From contig CAWFJP010000004.1 of the NCBI GenBank assembly GCA_963816145.1, positions 128,001 to 192,000 of the forward strand: a stretch of DNA of 64,000 nt, in the 5' to 3' direction. Below, in pieces: positions 58,157 to 64,000 of the stretch. The translations under genes and the position numbers were made by a program. This DNA is from an uncultured delta proteobacterium. GTDB lineage: Bacteria > Desulfobacterota > Binatia > UBA9968. The first letter of the stretch is position 1. Every line of letters starts with the position of its first letter. Under the pieces are notes generated by a model, which made no database searches, was not told the origin of the DNA, and saw only the letters and a program-made list of their open reading frames with translations.

Positions 58157-61099
58157 CTAACCTTTCTGGATCTCGGCGTGCCTGAGGCCCCGCCCGACGC
58201 CGTAGATCGAGCCGATTCTGACCCCGGAGCCATTGGTGTTGCTGTTGTCGAGAATGTCGGTCGTCGAGAAAAACTTGTCCAGCAACAAGCGTAGCGACGT
58301 CTCGCTGAAGAAATGCAGGTGATCGGTGTTCTCGTATTCTTCCTTGCCGCAGGGCACTTCGATCAGGACCGATCCGTCCGGGCGGAGGATCTTGGCTATT
58401 TTAGCAAGGACCTGTTCCGGGTAGCGCATATGTTCGAGGGTGTGGAACGAAATCACCAGGTCGCAATGACGCTCCGGTAGTACCAGACTCTCAAACGGCT
58501 CGGTGCGGATATCGACGCCCAAATGTTTCATGCCCTCTGCCGCCATGGCGCGGTTCATCTCGCAACCAGCGACCGTCATGCCGCGCTTTCTTAAAGCGTG
58601 AAGCAGCATGCCTTCGGCGCAGCCGATTTCGAATACGGATTTATTTTTACCCGCTGTCGTCGCGACAAGGTCGAGACGCTCCAATATGCCGAGCCGAGCG
58701 TTCAAATAGACATCCGACTCTGCGCTTTGCTTCATCGTCGTGATGCCTTGGTGTATGCGGTCTTTTTCCCAGTAGCTGACGTCGCCATAAAGGCTACTCA
58801 GCACTTGGTCGTTGGGCAGCTGGACGGCATAAACATGGTTACAGTGACGACAGCGAAATAGCGGCGTTAGCTTATTCTCATACTCGAATTTCCCGGGCCC
58901 GCTGCAAATGGGGCAGTGTTTGACATGATGGCAGCGGTAGGCGCTGCTCCAAGGCAGGTAGCGGCGGAGCATCCTGAAAGTTCTTCGCGCAGCGAGAGTC
59001 TCGCTACTGAGCCGGCGATAGAAATGTCTGATGACGAAGATTGCAACCAACAAAGATGCCGCGGTGGTGTTGGCAAAACCCTTGGTTCCTGAGCGGATCA
59101 AGTTGCTTACCGACCAGGCTGCGATTAGAACAACCAGTTTGATTGGACCCAACAAGCTCCGAGGTGTTTTTGGCCAGTAGGGATCGAGTTTCTTCGCCGC
59201 GACCGGCGCTACGACCCTGCCAACGATGTCGCGCGGCCCGTTAGGCACCCGGGTGATGCTGTGTAGCTCTCGCAGTGCTTTGGTGATTTTCCCCAGCATC
59301 AAGCGAGCCTGTGCCAGCCGAAACCTGCTCCACAGATCATCCGGTTGAAATTCCAAAACCCGCAAGCACAGGCTTTCGGCTAAAAGAAAGTGCCTCCGAT
59401 CGTTGCACTGTTCGATCAACTGCCGCGCTTGGTCAAGTGCCCGGTTGCGTAGTTGGTCGTCGCCGGCTTTGTCGACTGGATGAGAATCGAGCAAAGCGAT
59501 GGCAGCGTCGAGGCAATGACTTGCGTTGGCCAGATCGCTGTTTGCGGCGCTGAGTTGCGCCGACTTTTCGATCAGCAGTTCCGGTACCACACCCACGAGC
59601 CCTCGCTCTTCCAGTTGGTGCAACATCGCTGCGGCCTCCTGTGGTCTGCCGCTTCGGCGCAGACTGTTCATGATTACGACGCGCATCGGGATTTCATGCC
59701 ACAGCGTATGGAACGGCGGATGTAGTTCCATCGCTTGCTCTGCGTGCTTTATCGCCCGGTCATAGTCTGCCGACGCTTGATAGCCATGGGCCAGTTCATA
59801 ATGCGGATAGTACCAATGCGGATCCAGTCCAATTACATCGTGCCAAGCCGAGATGGCATCCTGCCGGCGACCGCCGGCGTGGGACTCTAATGCCAAACGG
59901 ACGGTGTCTTGCCACGGCGTGCGAACGGCCAATTGCGTGCAAATTCTGAGCGCGTGGTCTTGTCTACCGACAAACAGCATACTCTTGATGAGCCAGTGCC
60001 AATTGTTTTCATTGGGCGGGCGTCGATTGGAAGCAAGTGAGGCGATCTCTTTGGCGATGTCTGCAGCCACGCCCCCGATGGGTAAATAAAAGTGCTTGGC
60101 TTTGACATTTGCCGGGTCGGTAGCGCCCTCACTATAGGTCTGCTCAATCGCCGCGCCGAGCTGGCTGATGTCCTCGACAACCCAAGCGCCGCCATCTTCG
60201 TGAAAGAGGGTTTTAAGACCGCAGGCGGCGACGACCGTTGGGACGCCGCGCAAGACCGCTTCCAAGCAGGTCTGGGAGTTGCCGCGGTTCACCAATACGC
60301 CAGTCGCGGCGAACAGCTCGTCCATAGCGACTTCGCGGCCAAGCACGATCGCGTCCGGGATAATGTTCTCGACATACTGGCGATTCGATTCAACATCTTC
60401 GTTGGGATGGAGTTTAACCACAACTCGACGTCCGATTTTCCGGCTTGCTTGGGCGATTTCCCGCAAAACGGCTTGGCGGAATTGGAGATCGTCCTTGTTG
60501 TGCAGTGACAACCGGCCGCGCAATGGCGAGGTGGTGTAAACGATCGGTTTGGTGGCCGCATCCAGACCAAGGTGCTTGAGCGTAGCGTTCGTGCCATTGC
60601 GATTTGCGCAAAACCGGTCGTTGGCTAGAAGGCCGCTGACGTGCAGCATCTCGGCGGGATATCCAAGCTTGAGGAAGCGCTGCTGTTCATCGGGCGAGGC
60701 GACGAACAGCCGATCGAAAGGGGCATCGTAGTTATTGATGTCGAATTGGTTGAGCCCAAGCTGCGCGACTTCTTCGATCGCGACAACCGGCACATTTCGT
60801 TGTTTGGCCCAATGGCATAGTAACAAGGCGAAGGGCTCGAATACCGCGCCTAAGATCAATGCCGCGACTTCGTTCGGTATGAGTTTTTCTATATCTGACC
60901 CGTCATCGAGGGTAATCGACGGAAGCCCTTCGCCTGCTATTGCAGCCGGGATACCTGGCGCGACCCGCGCCAGCGGTTCGTAAACGATGGCTTGGTATTT
61001 CCATCCCGGCATTTTGCTTATGACTTGGCACAGGTCGCGAACATGCACCGGGCTTGTCGGATAAAAGAGCAAGAACTGTGAACCGGTCGAGTCAGACAT
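58157..61099 (-). CDS. Multidomain protein: GT-B-like domain + TPR repeats + zinc-ribbon/class I SAM methyltransferase
   Basis: VVVKLHPNE and SQTCLEAVLRGVPTVV; TPR-like helices (PHYELAHGYQASADYDRAIKHAEQAMELHP); CPIC...CRHC, FEIGCAEG, FHTLEH. Confidence 0.78.
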   Translation of the reverse strand: MSDSTGSQFLLFYPTSPVHVRDLCQVISKMPGWKYQAIVYEPLARVAPGIPAAIAGEGLPSITLDDGSDIEKLIPNEVAALILGAVFEPFALLLCHWAKQRNVPVVAIEEVAQLGLNQFDINNYDAPFDRLFVASPDEQQRFLKLGYPAEMLHVSGLLANDRFCANRNGTNATLKHLGLDAATKPIVYTTSPLRGRLSLHNKDDLQFRQAVLREIAQASRKIGRRVVVKLHPNEDVESNRQYVENIIPDAIVLGREVAMDELFAATGVLVNRGNSQTCLEAVLRGVPTVVAACGLKTLFHEDGGAWVVEDISQLGAAIEQTYSEGATDPANVKAKHFYLPIGGVAADIAKEIASLASNRRPPNENNWHWLIKSMLFVGRQDHALRICTQLAVRTPWQDTVRLALESHAGGRRQDAISAWHDVIGLDPHWYYPHYELAHGYQASADYDRAIKHAEQAMELHPPFHTLWHEIPMRVVIMNSLRRSGRPQEAAAMLHQLEERGLVGVVPELLIEKSAQLSAANSDLANASHCLDAAIALLDSHPVDKAGDDQLRNRALDQARQLIEQCNDRRHFLLAESLCLRVLEFQPDDLWSRFRLAQARLMLGKITKALRELHSITRVPNGPRDIVGRVVAPVAAKKLDPYWPKTPRSLLGPIKLVVLIAAWSVSNLIRSGTKGFANTTAASLLVAIFVIRHFYRRLSSETLAARRTFRMLRRYLPWSSAYRCHHVKHCPICSGPGKFEYENKLTPLFRCRHCNHVYAVQLPNDQVLSSLYGDVSYWEKDRIHQGITTMKQSAESDVYLNARLGILERLDLVATTAGKNKSVFEIGCAEGMLLHALRKRGMTVAGCEMNRAMAAEGMKHLGVDIRTEPFESLVLPERHCDLVISFHTLEHMRYPEQVLAKIAKILRPDGSVLIEVPCGKEEYENTDHLHFFSETSLRLLLDKFFSTTDILDNSNTNGSGVRIGSIYGVGRGLRHAEIQKG

Positions 61100-61422
61100 T
61101 GCTACTATCGGGGCGTCTCCCGCCAGACTACGGTGGCGTAACTTAGGATTTCGCTGATGCTAAAGGTTATCGGCACGAGCAACAAGCGGGCCGTAATGTC
61201 GCCTGAGTAAGTAATAGCGCCAAATATTCTTAGTGGTGCCAACGATTTGCTTGTTTCCAAAGAGGTATTTCGTCGAAAACCGCCACCCAGCGGGGCGAGA
61301 GCATGGAACGTTGGACATATAAACACGATTTAAGAAGTGCAAATTTGTCCCAAATCTGCCAATATTTGTCACTAAAGCTCGTCCTCTAGTTATAAACTGT
61401 TGTAAAATTAGGTTAAGTTCTC

Positions 61423-61438
61423 TGGCTTGCCTTTTGCT
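61423..61438 (+). promoter_or_regulatory. Putative sigma54 promoter of the radical SAM-GT2 unit
   Basis: TGGCTTGCCTTTTGCT, GG-N10-GC, preceded by an AT-rich tract; about 130 nt upstream of the ATG. Confidence 0.55.
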
Positions 61439-61566
61439 CGAGTAACGGCGACCGGTAGAATTAACACTTTAATAGCCCGATTCCCATGGTTTGGAGGTCT
61501 GAAGAGTGCCAATAAACGGCACCAGATTCTTTCGAATGGACCATGATTGATAGTGGAGGAGACTAA

Positions 61567-62914
61567 ATGGCCGCTAACGAGCTAGCCTTGAATCAAAACT
61601 CGACTGTGGATCCAACCGTGGAGTTCATTAAGACCACGACGCGAAATATCACCCGGCGCGGGGTCATGTGGTTGGGGCAGACCTGCAACATTCGCTGCCA
61701 CTTCTGTTATTTTCTCGACCGTATCAATTCCACAGACCACCCTGAACATCCGTTCATGAGCTTGGAAAAGGCCAAACAGATCTGTTCGACTCTGGTCGAA
61801 GTTTACGGCAATAACGCTATCGATATTCAAGGGGGCGAACCGACACTGTTCCGTCACATCAACGAGTTGGTTCGGCACTGCCGCGATATTGGTTTGATGC
61901 CGACCCTGATTACTAACGCGATTACGCTTGGCGATTTACGCCGTTGTGTGGCGTTGAAAGAAGCCGGTATTCGAGACCTCTTGGTGAGCGTGCAAGGGCT
62001 TGATGATACCTATGACTCTATTGTCGGTGTCAAAGGCGCTGCGCTAAAGCAGCGTAGCGGTCTCGAAAATATCATCGAGGCGGGGATTCCGGTTCGCTTC
62101 AATAGCGTCTTGTCCAAACCTGTGTTGCCGCAGTTGGAGGATATCGCCAAGCTTGCGGTGAGCAGTCCAGGCACGGGCGGTTAACTTTCTGGCATTCAAC
62201 CCATTTGAAGATCAACAGATCGCCGGTAAGCGCAGCGCGACCAACGTGCCGCGCTATAGCGAAGTCGCCTCGTCCTTAAATGCGGCGATGGATATTCTTG
62301 CCGACGGGGGCGTCGAATGTAACGTCCGCTATTTTCCGATCTGCATGGTCGAACCCCGACATCGCAAGTCAATGTACAATTTCCAGCAACTGCCCTACGA
62401 CCCGCATGAATGGGATTATGCCTCGTGGTCGTGGACAGGTTTGCAGCCCCAGCGGATGAAGTGGGGCGAGTGCTCGCCGGTAACCGATCTCGCAAAAGAA
62501 ACCTATACATCGGTGCAATATACCGGAGTGGCCAAACCGATCGCCGATGTCGCACGCCGTCTCGTCACCAAGTATCCGCGCCTGCGCGCGCCTGCGCGTC
62601 AGGTGCATGTCTCGGTCAGCAAACTCATGGCAGCCAAACCAGCTCACTCGTCGGAGCTCACGTCGAAAGAAAACTTGTACCGCGACAATGCCCGGCTGAG
62701 GAGCACGCAGCACTGCCGTTACGAATACGATCGAGCTTGCAACACTTGCGATATCAAAACAATTTGCGATGGCTTTCACGGCGACTATGCCGCCTTGTTT
62801 GGCACTGGCGAAGCCCGCGGGGTTGAGCTGGGGAAACCGGTCGATAATCCGAAGTTCTTTATTGCGGAGCAGGATAAGGTTATCGAGAAAGAGGATTTTG
62901 GATGGGCTCTCTAA
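61567..62914 (+). CDS. Radical SAM protein with C-terminal Cys cluster, split by a +1 frameshift near 62167-62168
   Basis: CNIRCHFC, QGGEPTL, ITNA; removing one C gives AVSSQARAVNFLAFNPFEDQ running into the 62246-62914 ORF ending ACNTCDIKTICDG; GGAGGAG RBS. Confidence 0.85.
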
Positions 62915-64000
62915 GGAGCTACATTGAGGCCTTCGACGGACGGTTGGGGCAGCTCAATACGGTCGCGCCGAAAGTTTCGATTATCATCACAAACTATAAC
63001 TACGTCGATTACATCGTCGATTGTTTGCAGTCGGTCAGTCAGCAGAGCTATCCGGAGATCGAATGCATCGTGGTCGACGATCACTCCAGTGACGGTTCAG
63101 CCGCCCAAATTCTCCGGTTTATCGAACGCGACAGGTCATCTATTTCCTTCAAACTCGTCTGTCATGAAATGACCCGAGGTCAGTACGCGGCGTTTCGCAC
63201 CGGTACGGCTCACGTTAGCGGCGCGTTCATTGTGTTCCTGGACGCTGATGATTTGTTGCTGCCAGATTTTGTCAGCGAGCATGTGCGCGTGCATCTAAGT
63301 ATGCCACCGGTGGCATTTACCAGCTCGAACCAATACCAAATCGACTCTTTAGGACAGGTGATTGGCGGCGTTCACCCGGATCTTCTGACCCAGGACCGAT
63401 TTCGCATGATCGGAACGGTTTCATTGCATAGACCGTTTTGGGTTTGGGCGACGACAAGCTCGATGATGTTTCGGCGTGCCGTGCTGGACTATGCGCTCGT
63501 GGATGCCGATGAGGCGTTTCGCAAATGCGCCGACAATTATGTAGCCCATTTTTGCAATCTTTTGGGAGGCTCGATCCTCATTCCGACAGTTTTAGGTTGT
63601 TACCGGCGCCACCAACGCAATACCTTCAGTAACAATCCGCTGATCGGTGGGCGTCTACCGACTGGTGACATGCGTCACCATCCAACGCATCGCCTGGTGT
63701 TAGACTCGATACGAACCCGTTTGGTCGAGTGCCACAAGGAGTTCATTTCATTGCTGGGCCCGGCGGGATTTGTTCATACGGTGGCCCGAGTGACCCCGGG
63801 TTCTGAATGGTGGCGTCAACGTCGTGACTGGAGCAAAGTCGTTGGCGTTGCCGGATTAACAACTTTCGTTCCAATGGTCGGATTGAATTTCCTGCGCACA
63901 ATCAACCGTCGGCTGAGAAATCGACCGCCAGCGTATACCGTTACTGACTTAGAGGGGAGTAAGCGTGCGGCAAAAATTGCCAGCTACGCCAACTATCAGC
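62902..64000 (+). CDS. GT2 glycosyltransferase, 5' part (runs off the window end)
   Basis: ATG 62902: KVSIIITNYNY...CIVVDDHSSDGS...VFLDADD; frame open to 64000. Confidence 0.9.
   Translation, partial: MGSLRSYIEAFDGRLGQLNTVAPKVSIIITNYNYVDYIVDCLQSVSQQSYPEIECIVVDDHSSDGSAAQILRFIERDRSSISFKLVCHEMTRGQYAAFRTGTAHVSGAFIVFLDADDLLLPDFVSEHVRVHLSMPPVAFTSSNQYQIDSLGQVIGGVHPDLLTQDRFRMIGTVSLHRPFWVWATTSSMMFRRAVLDYALVDADEAFRKCADNYVAHFCNLLGGSILIPTVLGCYRRHQRNTFSNNPLIGGRLPTGDMRHHPTHRLVLDSIRTRLVECHKEFISLLGPAGFVHTVARVTPGSEWWRQRRDWSKVVGVAGLTTFVPMVGLNFLRTINRRLRNRPPAYTVTDLEGSKRAAKIASYANYQ

Overview
A GC-rich bacterial chromosomal window. Gene content and intergenic repeats suggest a deltaproteobacteria-like lineage, possibly Ca. 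Binatia (inference only). Left to right: 3' end of a phosphomannomutase; a short UvrA; a hybrid Fe-S operon (iscS-iscA-sufB-nifS-like-iscR); an acyltransferase; a ComD/ComE-like decarboxylase pair; a GcvH-like protein; ftsB, eno and nth; an ~11.5 kb minus-strand chemosensory cluster (RR-cheD-cheA-cheW-3 MCPs-cheR-cheB-cheY-MshEN/CheX fusion) divergent from a coiled-coil protein and a KaiC-like ATPase; housekeeping genes (surE, a TGT-methyltransferase fusion, cinA, pepF, tsaC, purD, purH, alr); a rubrerythrin-DUF3501-Fur module; dksA-galU-tRNA-Ala(CGC); and a wzm/wzt surface-glycan locus with several methyltransferase domains, a radical SAM enzyme and glycosyltransferases. Five single-base insertions break purD, purH, DUF3501 (twice) and the radical SAM gene and are probably sequencing errors. 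Best candidates for new biology: (1) a preQ1-type TGT fused to an MnmD-like aminomethyl N-methyltransferase, possibly making N-methyl-preQ1 at tRNA position 34; (2) a CheX phosphatase with four MshEN-like c-di-GMP motifs, in a che operon that shares back-to-back sigma54-type promoters with the coiled-coil/KaiC-like unit; (3) a GT-B/TPR/methyltransferase fusion in the glycan locus. All assignments come from motif recognition by eye; no database searches were run.
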